A stretch of 63,978 bases of DNA, counting the filler, from an uncultured bacterium (lineage in GTDB: Bacteria; CAYSBA01): NCBI GenBank assembly GCA_964429075.1. It is 15 parts of 15 records of this genome, joined end to end, with 100 filler letters (N's around TTAATTAATTAA, not from the genome) between each part and the next. Parts side by side here need not be neighbours in the genome. Positions count along the whole stretch, not along the records: positions 30,785 to 34,990 come from CAYSBA010000160.1; positions 35,091 to 39,289 come from CAYSBA010000161.1; positions 39,390 to 43,573 come from CAYSBA010000162.1; 12 more parts are not named here. One strand, written 5' to 3'. A program made the position numbers and the translations under genes. Positions 30,785 to 42,521 of this stretch are shown piece by piece (the stretch's first letter is position 1; each line of letters opens with the position of its first letter). The notes under the pieces are model-generated. The model was given only the letters and a program-made list of their open reading frames with translations, was not told the DNA's origin and did not search any database.

Positions 30785-31185
30785 CATATCTTTAATGCCA
30801 GAAGAATGCCGTTTTTTACATTATCTATCCCAACTGTTGCTACAGGTACGCCTTTTGGCATCTGAACAATTGACATAAGGGCATCGATACCACCTAATGT
30901 CCCAGCGGAGAGGGGAACACCAACAACAGGCACATCTATCATTGAGGCAATAACACCTGGTAGATGAGCAGCAAGGCCGGCACAGGCCACAACAACAGAG
31001 ACGCCATCTTTTTTAAATTTCTCTATAAGTTTTCTTAATCTATCGGGTTCTCTATGGGCAGAACACACCTCAAGGGTATACGGTACATGTAGGTCTTTTA
31101 ATATCTCAATAGCAGGCTCTACCTTGGGTAAATCACTCTTACTCCCACAGACGATTGCTATCTGAGTAGATTTTGCCATCTTCAT
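30785..31185 (-). CDS. purE: N5-CAIR mutase PurE, 3' truncated
   Basis: [34 protein letters not shown]. Confidence 0.95.
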
Positions 31186-31297
31186 AATCTGGTTGATATC
31201 AGAAAATACCCTCTATATCAACCATATCAAATGGTGTTGATTTTTATCCAGTAGGATGGTAACTTCATTTCATAACTGGCTGTTAGGAGGTGTAGCG

Positions 31298-32230
31298 ATG
31301 AAGAGGATGTTTTTGTTGTTATCATTTTTGCTTTTTCAGATAATGGGATGTGGAGAGGATGAATTTACAGTTATAGAGACTAAAACCCAGACAGATATCT
31401 ATCAACAGACAAATGCGGCAAGTATTGATATCCTCTGGGTCGTTGACAATTCCCCAACCATGGTAGACGATCAACAACGAATTGCATCTGCATTCAATAA
31501 CTTTATAAGTGTGTTCAACAACTCCGGTCTGGATTATCAGATGGCCATTGTGTCAACCGATATGACCTCACCAGACCAATCCGGTAATCTCCTGGGCAAT
31601 CCAAAGGTTATCAAGGCTGACGATAGTGATCCTGTTGCTGAGTTTAAGTCGAATATTATACTCCCGAGTACAGGTAATCCAAAAGAGGAGGGTCTCAGGG
31701 CAGCGAGGACTGCCATAAAATTCCACGGTTCTGATTTTATTAGGTCAGACGCATCTCTGGCGATCATATTTATCAGTGATGAAGATGATCACTCGGTAGG
31801 TGAGATCAACTACTATGCACGGTTCTTTATGAGCCTGAAAGGTCCAGGTAACGAGAGAAAGATAAAGATTGCTGCAATTGTTGGTGATAAAGATTCCGGA
31901 TGTCAGATCGGAAATGTTTATGTAGATCCAGGGACTCGTTATATAGAGCTTGTGGAATACACGGATGGTGTTTTTGTCAGTTTATGCAGCGATTTCAGTG
32001 CAACACTTGTAAATCTTGCAAATTCAATAAGTGGTCTTAGAAGGAAATTTGCACTATCAAAGACCCCTGTTGTATCTACTATAAAGGTCAAGGTAAATGG
32101 TGAGGATATACCACAGGATGAAACTAACGGATGGGTGTATGAGAGCCAGACAAACAGCATCTTCTTTAAGGGCTATTACATCCCCCCTGCCAAATCTAAG
32201 GTAAGTATATTTTATGAGGTGGCACAATGA
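31298..32230 (+). CDS. vWA-domain lipoprotein
   Basis: AGGAGG RBS, lipobox IMGC, MIDAS-like DILWVVDNSPTM, FISDEDD, G.RY, C-terminal beta domain. Confidence 0.8.
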   Translation: MKRMFLLLSFLLFQIMGCGEDEFTVIETKTQTDIYQQTNAASIDILWVVDNSPTMVDDQQRIASAFNNFISVFNNSGLDYQMAIVSTDMTSPDQSGNLLGNPKVIKADDSDPVAEFKSNIILPSTGNPKEEGLRAARTAIKFHGSDFIRSDASLAIIFISDEDDHSVGEINYYARFFMSLKGPGNERKIKIAAIVGDKDSGCQIGNVYVDPGTRYIELVEYTDGVFVSLCSDFSATLVNLANSISGLRRKFALSKTPVVSTIKVKVNGEDIPQDETNGWVYESQTNSIFFKGYYIPPAKSKVSIFYEVAQ

Positions 32231-33117
32231 AGAAAAAAACACTTTTTTTGATAATATGCTCCATTTTGTTGGCAGCTTCCATATCATCAGGATGTAAGAG
32301 TAAAAAGAAGTCCAAGGGATGTACACAGGATTCAGATTGTGGCCCTGATCGCTATTGTGATCAAGCAACAAGAGAATGTCGTTGCAGTAGAGATGAAGCC
32401 TGTTCACCCGGCGAATTCTGCAACGAACAGGGTTTCTGCCAGGAGAGTATCGGTTGTTTCACAAATGATGATTGCGAGACCGGACAGATATGTAACTATC
32501 AAACCAATGAATGCGTAGATTCCCAGTGTGTCACAAGCATAGACTGTAGTTTTGGCAAGATATGTAGCGGGGGTGTTTGTGTGGATGGTTGCAACTCTTC
32601 AGGTGACTGTGAACTCGGGAATATCTGTATCAATGGGAAGTGTCTTACAAAAGCCGATATATGTGGGAATGATCCTAATTGTATCCCCTGTGATGACAAA
32701 AGCTACTGTGAATTCAAACAGTACTGTGATCAGTCCACCCACAAATGTTACGATGCAACAGGTCCATTCTGTCAGCCCTGTGATACACTCACACCGTGTC
32801 CTGGATATCCTCAAAATGCCTGCCTCAAAAATCCCTACAACCAGGGTCCTGATTACTATTGTGGAGTTGATTGTTCAGGCGGCAGGGAGTGTCCAAACGG
32901 TTTTATCTGTTACACAATCGTAACTAACCCAGAATGTACCAAAAATTCAGACTGCCCATCTGGTATATGTAACTTCCTTGAGGGTGCGATAAGTGGTACC
33001 TGTCAGTGTGTAACCGATAGTGATTGTAACTCTCTGTTTACCCAGGCAAGCTGTGTTAATGGTGCCTGTATCGTTGGTTACAACTGTGCACCAGAACCAG
33101 GAGAATATTGTCCATAG
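32227..33117 (+). CDS. Cysteine-rich repeat lipoprotein
   Basis: Lipobox SSGC; 46 Cys in 296 aa in repeated C-x5-C-x5-C-x4/6-C units. Confidence 0.8.
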   Translation: MKKKTLFLIICSILLAASISSGCKSKKKSKGCTQDSDCGPDRYCDQATRECRCSRDEACSPGEFCNEQGFCQESIGCFTNDDCETGQICNYQTNECVDSQCVTSIDCSFGKICSGGVCVDGCNSSGDCELGNICINGKCLTKADICGNDPNCIPCDDKSYCEFKQYCDQSTHKCYDATGPFCQPCDTLTPCPGYPQNACLKNPYNQGPDYYCGVDCSGGRECPNGFICYTIVTNPECTKNSDCPSGICNFLEGAISGTCQCVTDSDCNSLFTQASCVNGACIVGYNCAPEPGEYCP

Positions 33118-33126
33118 AAATATTAG

Positions 33127-34990
33127 ATGTCACAACTGAAATTTGACCTACTTTATGATCTTATTAAAGATGTAGAAAGACCCGCAAGGTACATAGGAGG
33201 AGAGGTAGGGCTTCATTTCACCAGAAATAAGAGAAAGGATGCCATAAAGCTGTGCCTTGTTTTTCCCGATGTCTATGAAGTTGGGATGTCAAACTTAGGT
33301 TTCCGCCTCCTGCATCAGCTCCTTTTAGAGAGGGATGATGTGATCTGCGAAAGGGCCTTTATACCTGCTGACGATCTTTATACAAAGATGCAAAAAAGAG
33401 ATATATATCTCTTCAGCCTTGAATCAAAGATACCTGTAAAGGATTTTGATGTAATAGCCCTTTCAGTACCATCAGAGATGGCATTTTTAAATATACCAAA
33501 GGTCTTAAAAACAATTGGTATCCCACCATTTTCAAAGGATAGAGATGGATTACCTCTTTTAATAGGGGGTGGATCAGGTATATACAACCCGGAGCCCATT
33601 GCACCAATATTTGATGGCATATTCATAGGTGAGATAGAGGACTCGATAGATTGGTTTATAGGTGTATTAAGAGATGCTGTATCAGAGAAATTCCCAAGAG
33701 AGTACCTGAGAGAAAGAGCATCTTCACTTGCTGATAGAGGCCTTTATGTATCTTTTTTAGAAGGAATAGAGGAGGTAAGACGCCAGTTTATCCATAATCC
33801 TGACAGATTAAACAAAATTAAATACTGGATCATACCGAATGTCCCCCCTGTTCACGATAGAGTGACCTTGGAGCTGCAAAGGGGATGTACCAATGGATGT
33901 CGTTTCTGTCAGGCAGGCTTTGTAACAAGACCCGCCAGACAGACACCCCTTGAGAATGTCGTTGACATTGCAAGAAATATGATAGCTCAAACCGGATATG
34001 AGGAACTCGGGCTGCTATCACTATCTGCATCAGATTATCCCTTTCTGAAGGAACTTTTAAAGATACTGCATAGGGTATTACCACAGACATCGTTGAGTGT
34101 TCCATCCCTCAGGGTTGATTCTGTTATGGATAGGGAGATGATACAACTCCTCGGAATGACAAGACATTCAGGGTTTACTTTTGCACCAGAGACCGTATCA
34201 AAAAGGCTAAGAGAAGTTATCAATAAGAATATTGATCCAGAGAGATTATTTGAATGCATGAAGATGCTTGCAGAAGAGGGCTGGCGTAGATTCAAGCTCT
34301 ATTTTATTCTCGGTCTACCGGAAGAAAAGAGAGAAGATGTGGAACAGATTGCAGATTTTTTAGATAGGCTTAAAAGAAGTTCAAAAAGTTTTGGTGGCTT
34401 CAGGATAAATTGTAGTTTCTCTATCTTTATACCAAAACCTCACACCCCATTTCAATGGGATCCTTTAATAGAAAAAGAAGAGTTTTTTTTAAGACTCAAA
34501 ACAATAAAAACTGTTACTGACAAAAAGAGGATAAAATTTGATTTCAGGGATTATGACATGGCACTTGTCGAGACACTACTCTCACGTGGCAACAGATCCA
34601 TGGCAAAGGTACTGGTTCAGTATAATGAGATGGGATATGATCAATATCATAACCATCCAGAGTCTTTTCTTTTTCTGGTACAAAAAAATGGAATAAAATG
34701 GCAGGAACGGATAACTCGCCTCGATTACAATGTAAAACAGCCCTGGGAATTGATTAATACAGGTGTAGATAGGGAATTTTTGGTTCTCGAGCGGGAACTG
34801 GCATCTAAAGGAAAATTATTAAATGATTGTCTATTTGGTGCATGTAGTGACTGTGGTGTATGTTCAGAGGAGGATACAGAACCTGTACGGGCAAAGAGTG
34901 GGACTGGAGATCTATGTATATATACCACTATAAATAAAAAGGAATACAAAACAAGATTCACATATCGTATAAGGCTCACAAAACTTAAGG
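33127..34990 (+). CDS. TIGR03960-type B12-binding radical SAM protein, 3' truncated
   Basis: VERPARYIGGE, FPDVYEVGMSNLG, RGCTNGCRFCQAG, PSLR, TFAPE, PKPHTPFQW, late CxxCGVC. Confidence 0.88.
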
Positions 34991-35233
34991 NNNNNNNNNN
35001 NNNNNNNNNNNNNNNNNNNNNNNNNNNNNNNNNNTTAATTAATTAANNNNNNNNNNNNNNNNNNNNNNNNNNNNNNNNNNNNNNNNNNNNGATAAATATA
35101 CTGTATTTAATATAGAAAATTTTATAATCTATTTGTGTCTAAAAAATGTTTCTCAAAAAATCGGTTCTTTTATATTTGACTACACTGTGGTATATGGTCA
35201 TTTCGAAACTAAACCATATGTTAAGGTAGGAAT

Positions 35234-37717
35234 ATGAAACGAGAATATAATCCAAAAGAGATAGAGATCAAATGGCAGAAGAGATGGGAAGAAAAAAAGA
35301 CCTTCCATCTGGATACAGAAAAAGTGCCTTCAAAGCCCTTTTATCTTCTTGAAATGTTCCCCTATCCTTCTGGGAACATCCATATGGGACATGTAAGAAA
35401 TTACACAATTGGTGATGTGGTTGCAAGGTATCTCAAACGTAAGGGATATTCTGTTTTACATCCTATTGGATGGGATGCCTTTGGACTTCCTGCAGAGAAT
35501 GCAGCTGTACAAAGAGGCATCCATCCATGGGAATGGACAAAGTCCAACATAGAGAGAATGAAAAAACAGCTCAAGAGGCTTGGTTTTTCCTACGATTGGG
35601 ACAGAGAGGTTACAACATGTCTATCTGAATACTACAGGTGGGAACAGAAGATATTTATACAGATGTATAATAGAGGTCTTGCCTATAGAAAAAAGGCCCC
35701 TGTAAACTGGTGTGAAAACTGCTCAACCGTCCTTGCAAACGAACAGGTTAGCGATGGAAGATGCTGGCGTTGTGATAACCCTGTTGTCATAAAGGAACTC
35801 TCGCAATGGTTTTTTAAGATTACTGACTATGCAGAGGAACTTTTGAGAGATCTTGATACACTTACGGGATGGCCGGATAAGGTAATAAAGATGCAGAGAA
35901 ACTGGATAGGAAGGTCTGAAGGTACAAATATAAGATTTCCTGTTAAAGGAAAAAATGATCTTGTCATAGAGGTATTTACAACAAGGGCAGACACCCTATT
36001 TGGTGTTACTGCAATAAATATAGCGCCAGAACATCCTCTTTTGAAAGAACTTGTAACCGATGAATACACGCAGGTTCTTAAAAAGATAGGTGGCCTAAAA
36101 CGTGAAGAAGGAGACTATCGAAAGGAGGGATTTTTTACCGGCTCATACTGTATACATCCATTTACAAAAGAAGAGATACCTGTATATGTGGCCAATTTTG
36201 TTGTCATGGAGTATGGTAAGGGTGCTGTCATGTGTGTGCCTGCTCACGATCAGCGTGATTTTGAATTTGCTAAAGAAAAGGGGCTTGATATAAGGGTGGT
36301 TGTAAGGCCACATAATGCCACACTAAGGGCAGAACAACTAAAAGAGGCATTTACAAATTATGGGATCCTTGTTGACTCTATGGAATTCAGTGGCCTTCCA
36401 AGTGATGAGGCTATAATTAAGATAACTGAAAGACTTTCAGAAATTGGACTTGGAGAGAAAAGTATCCAGTATAGATTGAGAGATTGGGGTATCTCAAGGC
36501 AGCGATACTGGGGTACGCCTATACCAGTTGTATATTGTGAGGATTGTGGAATCGTACCTGTACCTGAAGATCAGTTACCTGTAGAACTCCCCCTGGACAT
36601 AGAATATTCAAAAGGAAGGATACTATCTCTTGCAGACATTCCACAGTTTGTAGAGACCACATGTCCTGAATGTGGCAAGATTGCCCGTCGTGAGACTGAT
36701 ACTATGGACACCTTTGTAGAATCAAGCTGGTATTTTTTGAGATTTATAGATCCACATTATAAAAATGGTCCATTTAGAAAAGAAATAATAAGGCCTTGGA
36801 TGCCGGTAGACCAATATATAGGTGGTGTCGAACATGCAATAATGCACCTTTTATATGCACGTTTTTATCTAAAGGTGCTTAGAGATCTTGGCTACTTAGA
36901 TTGTTGTAACGAACCCTTCAAGAATCTACTCACTCAGGGGATGGTGTGTAAACTTAACCCAAAGAGTGGTAAGGTCGAAAAGATGTCCAAATCCAAGGGT
37001 AATGTGGTTGACCCTGATGAAATAGTCGAAAAATATGGTGCCGATACTGCAAGGCTTTTTATCCTCTTTGCAGCGCCTCCAGAGAAGGATATGGAGTGGA
37101 GTGACGAAGGAGTTCAGGGTCAGTATCGTTTTCTACAGAGACTCTGGCGTACAGTAGCAAGATACTCTAAGAGGATAGATAAGATCGTACCTATTGACCC
37201 ATCAAAGATAAAAGATCTGTCAGATAGTGATCTATCAATACTCAGAGAGACTGAGAAGACTTTGGTTGAGGTAACAAGGGATATATATCCGAGGATGCAT
37301 TTCAATACTGCCATTGCTTCAGTTATGAAACTCTTAAACAGCTTTGCGAAATGGGAAGAATCATGCGATCCTGATCCTGAGGTAGTTGGCCACTTTTTTT
37401 TCAGAGTACTTTCGATATTAAATCCCTTTGTCCCCCATATAACAGAAGAGCTATGGGAAACACTTGGTGGCAGAGGGCTGCTCTCTGAAAAGAAATGGGA
37501 TCTGCCAATATCCGAACTCATAAGTGACGAGAGAGTAAAATATATAGTTCAGTTTAATGGGCGTTTCCGTGGAGAGTTTGAGTTTAAAAAGGGGGCTACA
37601 CAGACAGAGGTTGATGAAGCAATAAGAAAAAGCGGAAATTTTGAAAGATGGTTTGGAGAGGTCCAAAAGATTATCTTTGTAAAGGATCGTCTTATTAACT
37701 ATGTTATTAAAAAGTAG
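35234..37717 (+). CDS. leuS: Leucine--tRNA ligase
   Basis: [36 protein letters not shown]. Confidence 0.97.
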   Translation: MKREYNPKEIEIKWQKRWEEKKTFHLDTEKVPSKPFYLLEMFPYPSGNIHMGHVRNYTIGDVVARYLKRKGYSVLHPIGWDAFGLPAENAAVQRGIHPWEWTKSNIERMKKQLKRLGFSYDWDREVTTCLSEYYRWEQKIFIQMYNRGLAYRKKAPVNWCENCSTVLANEQVSDGRCWRCDNPVVIKELSQWFFKITDYAEELLRDLDTLTGWPDKVIKMQRNWIGRSEGTNIRFPVKGKNDLVIEVFTTRADTLFGVTAINIAPEHPLLKELVTDEYTQVLKKIGGLKREEGDYRKEGFFTGSYCIHPFTKEEIPVYVANFVVMEYGKGAVMCVPAHDQRDFEFAKEKGLDIRVVVRPHNATLRAEQLKEAFTNYGILVDSMEFSGLPSDEAIIKITERLSEIGLGEKSIQYRLRDWGISRQRYWGTPIPVVYCEDCGIVPVPEDQLPVELPLDIEYSKGRILSLADIPQFVETTCPECGKIARRETDTMDTFVESSWYFLRFIDPHYKNGPFRKEIIRPWMPVDQYIGGVEHAIMHLLYARFYLKVLRDLGYLDCCNEPFKNLLTQGMVCKLNPKSGKVEKMSKSKGNVVDPDEIVEKYGADTARLFILFAAPPEKDMEWSDEGVQGQYRFLQRLWRTVARYSKRIDKIVPIDPSKIKDLSDSDLSILRETEKTLVEVTRDIYPRMHFNTAIASVMKLLNSFAKWEESCDPDPEVVGHFFFRVLSILNPFVPHITEELWETLGGRGLLSEKKWDLPISELISDERVKYIVQFNGRFRGEFEFKKGATQTEVDEAIRKSGNFERWFGEVQKIIFVKDRLINYVIKK

Positions 37718-38183
37718 ATTAGTCTTTTTTTGTTGTCTGGCTCTTACTTTATCCTGTGCTCATGTCCAGCCATACGGTTTCTTTTCTGGATGTAAATCCT
37801 TGAAAATAGAAGAGGTAGCAAACAATACAACAGATCCTGAAGCAGGTGTTATACTTACAAAGTATCTTTTAGGTTACGTAAAAAACACAAATAACAACGA
37901 ATGCACTCTGAAGACTACCCTCCTTTTGTTGAAGGCAATACCATCAAGCGTGGGCTACTCTGCAACAGATAGATATACAACCTACGACTACAATCTTACT
38001 GCGACTGTAAAAATTGTTCTTATCTTTCCAGATGGCAAAAAGAGAACTAAAACAATCACTGTACAAATCCCCTTTCTATCAAAGAATGAACCTATATACA
38101 CAGAGACTGTAAGAAGGGCAGTAGTAAATAAACTGCTTCAGAGGCTTGCTGATGAAATACTCTATGAGGTACAGAATAAATGA
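37701..38183 (+). CDS. lptE: LPS assembly lipoprotein LptE-like
   Basis: Lipobox TLSC, N.T.DP motif, conserved position between leuS and holA. Confidence 0.7.
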   Translation: MLLKSRLVFFCCLALTLSCAHVQPYGFFSGCKSLKIEEVANNTTDPEAGVILTKYLLGYVKNTNNNECTLKTTLLLLKAIPSSVGYSATDRYTTYDYNLTATVKIVLIFPDGKKRTKTITVQIPFLSKNEPIYTETVRRAVVNKLLQRLADEILYEVQNK

Positions 38184-39186
38184 GATTGACAAGCTGGTAG
38201 ATCTGATAGAAAAGGGTTCTGCAGATCCTCCCTATATTGTGGCTTGTTCAGATCCTTTTTTATTGGGAGAAGAGCTCACGAAACTAACCTCTGTTCTAGC
38301 AAAAAAAGGCTATACAATTATAAATCTGGACGGTGAGGATTTGCCTGTTGAAAACATACTTAATGAACTGAAAAACATTGGTCTTTTTGCAAAAAAAAGG
38401 GCCATTATACTTAAGAAGGCAGACAGACTAATAAAACAGAAAGATCTATCTATGGAATTATGTAGATCCAGAAAAGAACCATTTTTATTGATCACAATCA
38501 AGGATGCATCAATTGTTAAGACAAAAGATCTTAAAAGCAGGATAATTGCAATAAAAGATATAACCAAAAGAGACATATTCATATTAATCGAAGAATATGC
38601 CAGTAAGATGGGTCTTACAGTCTCACCTTCAGCAAAAGATGTACTCATAGAGCTACTCGGAAATGATCCTGGTGCTATTAAAAATGCTCTTCGATCTATC
38701 AAAGACTGGCTTGGTGATGCCTCATATGTTGAGGATACTGATGTCAGATCTTTTGTAGGTCTTTCAAGTAATTATGGTGACTTTGAACTTCTGAACAATC
38801 TTTTTGCAAAAAAAGGGTATGATAGTCTAAGAGTGATTTCAAAGCTGTTCTTGGGCAGAAAATTCAAAGATGAGATAATCAAACACATCGCACTGATAAG
38901 ATGGAAGATCCTTCAGTTGATTAGGATACAAGAACTCCTTGAAGAGAATAAATCTATTGCAACAATAGCAAAGGAATTACGGCTTCCTCCAAAGGGATTT
39001 TTACTGGAACGAACCTTAAAGGAAGCGAAAAACTTTAATAAAGATCAGTTAAGAGTCATGCTTAGGGAATTACTTAAAATAGATAGAGCAATAAAAACAG
39101 GCCTGAAAGACAATGAGATTAAAATTCTAATAGAGGATTTTGTTGAAACTGCAACAGATCTTAAGCAGCCTCACCGCTCTTTTTGA
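38164..39186 (+). CDS. holA: DNA polymerase III delta subunit
   Basis: GLFAKKR, LIELLGND, LLKIDRAIKTG; leuS-lptE-holA synteny. Confidence 0.85.
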   Translation: MRYRINEIDKLVDLIEKGSADPPYIVACSDPFLLGEELTKLTSVLAKKGYTIINLDGEDLPVENILNELKNIGLFAKKRAIILKKADRLIKQKDLSMELCRSRKEPFLLITIKDASIVKTKDLKSRIIAIKDITKRDIFILIEEYASKMGLTVSPSAKDVLIELLGNDPGAIKNALRSIKDWLGDASYVEDTDVRSFVGLSSNYGDFELLNNLFAKKGYDSLRVISKLFLGRKFKDEIIKHIALIRWKILQLIRIQELLEENKSIATIAKELRLPPKGFLLERTLKEAKNFNKDQLRVMLRELLKIDRAIKTGLKDNEIKILIEDFVETATDLKQPHRSF

Positions 39187-39289
39187 TCAGGTTGTTAAGT
39201 GCCCTGGTAAGCCTCGATTTGTATCGAGCCGCAGTGTTTTTCTTTATTACACCCTTAATCCACGCCTTATCAATCCACTTTATGGCAAG
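39161..39289 (-). CDS. rpsT: 30S ribosomal protein S20, 5' truncated (not in ORF track)
   Basis: Manual translation LAIKWIDKAWIKGVIKKNTAARYKSRLTRALN..* matches the S20 C-terminus; convergent with holA as is typical. Confidence 0.92.
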   Translation of the reverse strand, partial: LAIKWIDKAWIKGVIKKNTAARYKSRLTRALNNLIKKSGEAA

Positions 39290-39389
39290 NNNNNNNNNNN
39301 NNNNNNNNNNNNNNNNNNNNNNNNNNNNNNNNNTTAATTAATTAANNNNNNNNNNNNNNNNNNNNNNNNNNNNNNNNNNNNNNNNNNNN

Positions 39390-39614
39390 ATCAAGTCTTG
39401 GTATGTATTTAATTATTACATTATCAGTACCCACAAAAGAGAGAATTGATAATAGCTGAACTATTGTAACAGATAAGAAAAAAACACCAGAAACCGACGC
39501 ACCGTACCAATTACCAATCAATATTGTTAAAAGATAGCGTAATCCTACCCCGATAACAGAACCTATTAAATTAAGGCTTCCCTCTAAGAATATAACACGA
39601 AGTGAATCCAACAT
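39390..39614 (-). CDS. Polysaccharide flippase (Wzx-like), 3' truncated
   Basis: Hydrophobic N-terminal helices; WYGASVSGVF and G.DN.IIKYI resemble Wzx TM1-2. Confidence 0.6.
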
Positions 39615-39617
39615 CTT

Positions 39618-40562
39618 TTATAAGGAACCCATCTCTCTGAACTTTTTGTACCTCATATCAAGCAAGCCACAAAAATCTATAGATTGAAGATTGCTAATAG
39701 AATTCAAAATACTCTCCTTCAATCTTTCTGCGGCAAGGTCGTAATCCATATGTGCACCTCCAGGGGGTTCTGGGATTATTTTATCTATTATTCCAAGCTC
39801 AAATAGATCCCTGGAAGTCAGCTTCAGATTCTCCGCTGCTGTCTCTGTCTCTGTGGGTACATGAAACAGAATTGATGAGCAGGCCTCGGGGGAGATCACA
39901 GAATAGATCGCATACTCCATCATCATAACCACATCTCCCACACCAAGCGCAAGGGCTCCACCTGAACCACCCTCTCCAATTACTACAGATACAATCGGTA
40001 CCTTCAGTGTGCACATCGTACTGATCGACTCTGCTATCGCTGCTGCCTGTCCATGCTCCTCTGCATCGATACCCGGGAAGGCACCCGGGGTGTCTATCAG
40101 TGTGATTACAGGGATCCTGAATCTCTCTGCAAGCCTCATAACCCTCTGTGCCTTCCTGTATCCCTCAGGCTGAGGCATACCAAAATTTCTCTTTATCTTC
40201 TGTGCAGATGTCCTTCCCTTCTGATGACCGATTATACAAACACGCCTTCTGTCTATCCTGCCAAAACCGGCAACTATAGCAGGATCATCCCTGTATAACC
40301 TGTCCCCATGAAACTCCACAAAATCATCAACAATCCTTTTTATATAATCCATTGTGTAGGGTCTGTCAGGATGTCTGGCAAGCTGTACTATCTGCCATCT
40401 AGATAACTTTGAATATATCTTTTTTGTGAGCTTCTCATACTGCCTTTCAAGCCTCAAAAGCTCTTTGACTATGCCCTCATCTATCCCTTTTTGCCTCATC
40501 TTTATGGTGTCTATCCTCTTTTTGAGCTCAACTACAGGTACTTCAAAATCCAGAACAGCCAT
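39618..40562 (-). CDS. accA: Acetyl-CoA carboxylase carboxyltransferase alpha
   Basis: LDFE.P, ARHPDRP, HGDR, PEGYRKA, GEGGSGGAL, YSVISPE. Confidence 0.96.
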   Translation of the reverse strand: MAVLDFEVPVVELKKRIDTIKMRQKGIDEGIVKELLRLERQYEKLTKKIYSKLSRWQIVQLARHPDRPYTMDYIKRIVDDFVEFHGDRLYRDDPAIVAGFGRIDRRRVCIIGHQKGRTSAQKIKRNFGMPQPEGYRKAQRVMRLAERFRIPVITLIDTPGAFPGIDAEEHGQAAAIAESISTMCTLKVPIVSVVIGEGGSGGALALGVGDVVMMMEYAIYSVISPEACSSILFHVPTETETAAENLKLTSRDLFELGIIDKIIPEPPGGAHMDYDLAAERLKESILNSISNLQSIDFCGLLDMRYKKFREMGSL

Positions 40563-40574
40563 ATTTTTTCCCTA

Positions 40575-41492
40575 TCATATTATATTACTACAATCCTCTT
40601 TGATCCTTCTTAAATTATCAAGAATATCATCCCCTTCTAAAAAGACTCCATCTTCCCTTTTAAACCATACACGCTGCCTTCTGGCATACTCAAGGGTACT
40701 CTTTATCGTATGTCTGATAGCCTCTTCGATCGACATTCTTGACTCTATCACACCTATCGCCTCTTTATAACCTATAATTCCCTTTTTTAACAGCCATTTT
40801 TTGTATCCATTTTCTAAAAGTCTTCTTGTCTCTTCAATAAGCCCATTGTGAAACATCCACTCTGTCCTCTGTGTGATCCTCTTTAACAATACCTCCTTTT
40901 TGGGGAAAAATATGAACTTTTTTATATTGTTTCTCCTTATTTTCTTATGCCCTGCCAGCAACCTGCTGAATTGCTTTCCCTCTTTTAAGATGTACTCAAT
41001 CGCCCTCTGTATCCTGACAAGATCATTTTTATGCAATCTCTTTGCGCAGTCAGGATCTAATCTGTTAAGCATCATCCATAAGAATCCTGACCTTTCCATT
41101 TCAATCTGCAGAAGGACTTCCCTCAACCTTTTATCAGGAGAAGGTGTCTCAACAAGCCCATACTCAAATGCCCTGAAGTAAAATCCTGTACCACCCACAA
41201 ATATTGGAATCCTTCCGTTTTGAAACAATCTGTTTACAATGTCTTCTGCCAACTTTTGATATACGTAGGCATTGAATTCTTCTCCAGGATCTACAATATC
41301 GAACAAGAAATACCTTCCCTTAAAATCCTTTCTGAACAATGGCTTTGATGTGCCTATATCTATACCCCTGTAGATCTGCATAGAATCACAATTTAACATA
41401 CATAACCTGTCATTTTGATTCATCAATTCTTCTGCAACCTTTGTCTTGCCAGATGCGGTGAGCCCAAGAAGGGCAATGATCACTTTTTTCAT
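40575..41492 (-). CDS. miaA: tRNA dimethylallyltransferase
   Basis: GLTASGKT, DSMQIYRGIDIGTSKP, VGGTGFY, IGYKE, YARRQ.WF. Confidence 0.95.
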   Translation of the reverse strand: MKKVIIALLGLTASGKTKVAEELMNQNDRLCMLNCDSMQIYRGIDIGTSKPLFRKDFKGRYFLFDIVDPGEEFNAYVYQKLAEDIVNRLFQNGRIPIFVGGTGFYFRAFEYGLVETPSPDKRLREVLLQIEMERSGFLWMMLNRLDPDCAKRLHKNDLVRIQRAIEYILKEGKQFSRLLAGHKKIRRNNIKKFIFFPKKEVLLKRITQRTEWMFHNGLIEETRRLLENGYKKWLLKKGIIGYKEAIGVIESRMSIEEAIRHTIKSTLEYARRQRVWFKREDGVFLEGDDILDNLRRIKEDCSNII

Positions 41493-41504
41493 AAGAACAG
41501 TTGA

Positions 41505-41933
41505 TCAGGTGTAGAGCTTTTCTGCCCTCTCTTTAAAATTCTCGAGCATGTTTGGCAGACTGACCTCTATAAGCTTTGATGCTATTATTTTTGGCACCAT
41601 CAACTTCAGTTCTACATCTATAAAATAGGTCGCCCTTGTCCTGTTTTCCCCTATTGGTTCAAGTACCCACTTGCCCTGATTCTTTTTCATCAGGTTACTC
41701 TCTTTTAATTCCCAGGAGATTTCACTGTATGGTTTGGGTTTAAGTATTATTGTGTATTCTACCTTCTTGATAAGAGATAGCTGATAGAAGACCTCTATCT
41801 CATCCTCTGTCTTTTTTAGGACTTTCGTCTGTTTTATCTCTGGTAAAAAATCGGGATACCTCTCAAAATCACAGACTACCTTAAAAAAAAACTCAACAGG
41901 TACATCTATCTCTATCGATCTACTTACCTGCAT
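41505..41933 (-). CDS. SRPBCC/polyketide cyclase (RatA-like) protein
   Basis: V.DFERYPDFLP, N.GKW motifs, 142 aa. Confidence 0.8.
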   Translation of the reverse strand: MQVSRSIEIDVPVEFFFKVVCDFERYPDFLPEIKQTKVLKKTEDEIEVFYQLSLIKKVEYTIILKPKPYSEISWELKESNLMKKNQGKWVLEPIGENRTRATYFIDVELKLMVPKIIASKLIEVSLPNMLENFKERAEKLYT

Positions 41934-41935
41934 AT

Positions 41936-42511
41936 TTAAAATACATATCTAATTCTTGGATATATGGATACCAAAGGAATCCCTACAAGCATGTAATCCA
42001 CTACAGCCTCAAGGCCTACCACAAACTCTTTGAGATGAGTATTGTAATCGAGAGCTATCCCACCACCCACAAATGGGCTTATGCCTGCCCCAATCTTTAT
42101 TTCTGGAGAAGTCACTCCCATCCCACCTTCCAGGATCAGGGTTGCAAAAAACCTGTCCAGAAAACCGATTGAATACCAGCTCTTAACTCCGCCATAAAAG
42201 ACACCATAGTCAGTCATCTCACGTTCTTTTATAGCAGCATTGTGATACAGCCCATAAGCTAACTTCAGACCCACTCCGAGATTAAAACTTAAGGCATAAC
42301 CAGCTTCAAAACCAGTAAAAACAGATGCCATTGGTGATGCATGATACCACCCCTTATCGGCATTATAGTTCAGACCACCTATGGCAAAGGTAATACCTGG
42401 ATCAAGGGTCACGAAAAAGCCATCTCTGAAGGATTTTGATTGTGCTTTATTTGTGTATATTAGATTTATCATAAAGAATATTGCCAACAGATAATGGATC
42501 TTTTTTGTCAT
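41936..42511 (-). CDS. cglE: Small outer-membrane beta-barrel, CglE/GltH-like gliding protein
   Basis: Signal peptide, amphipathic strands, DYNTHL..F.VG, terminal YVF; lies immediately after gltG as in Myxococcus. Confidence 0.6.
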   Translation of the reverse strand: MTKKIHYLLAIFFMINLIYTNKAQSKSFRDGFFVTLDPGITFAIGGLNYNADKGWYHASPMASVFTGFEAGYALSFNLGVGLKLAYGLYHNAAIKEREMTDYGVFYGGVKSWYSIGFLDRFFATLILEGGMGVTSPEIKIGAGISPFVGGGIALDYNTHLKEFVVGLEAVVDYMLVGIPLVSIYPRIRYVF

Positions 42512-42521
42512 TATATGCTCC

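Noticed and set aside
39140-39337. + strand 65-aa ORF after holA
   Set aside because: Antisense to the recognisable rpsT fragment and runs into the spacer.
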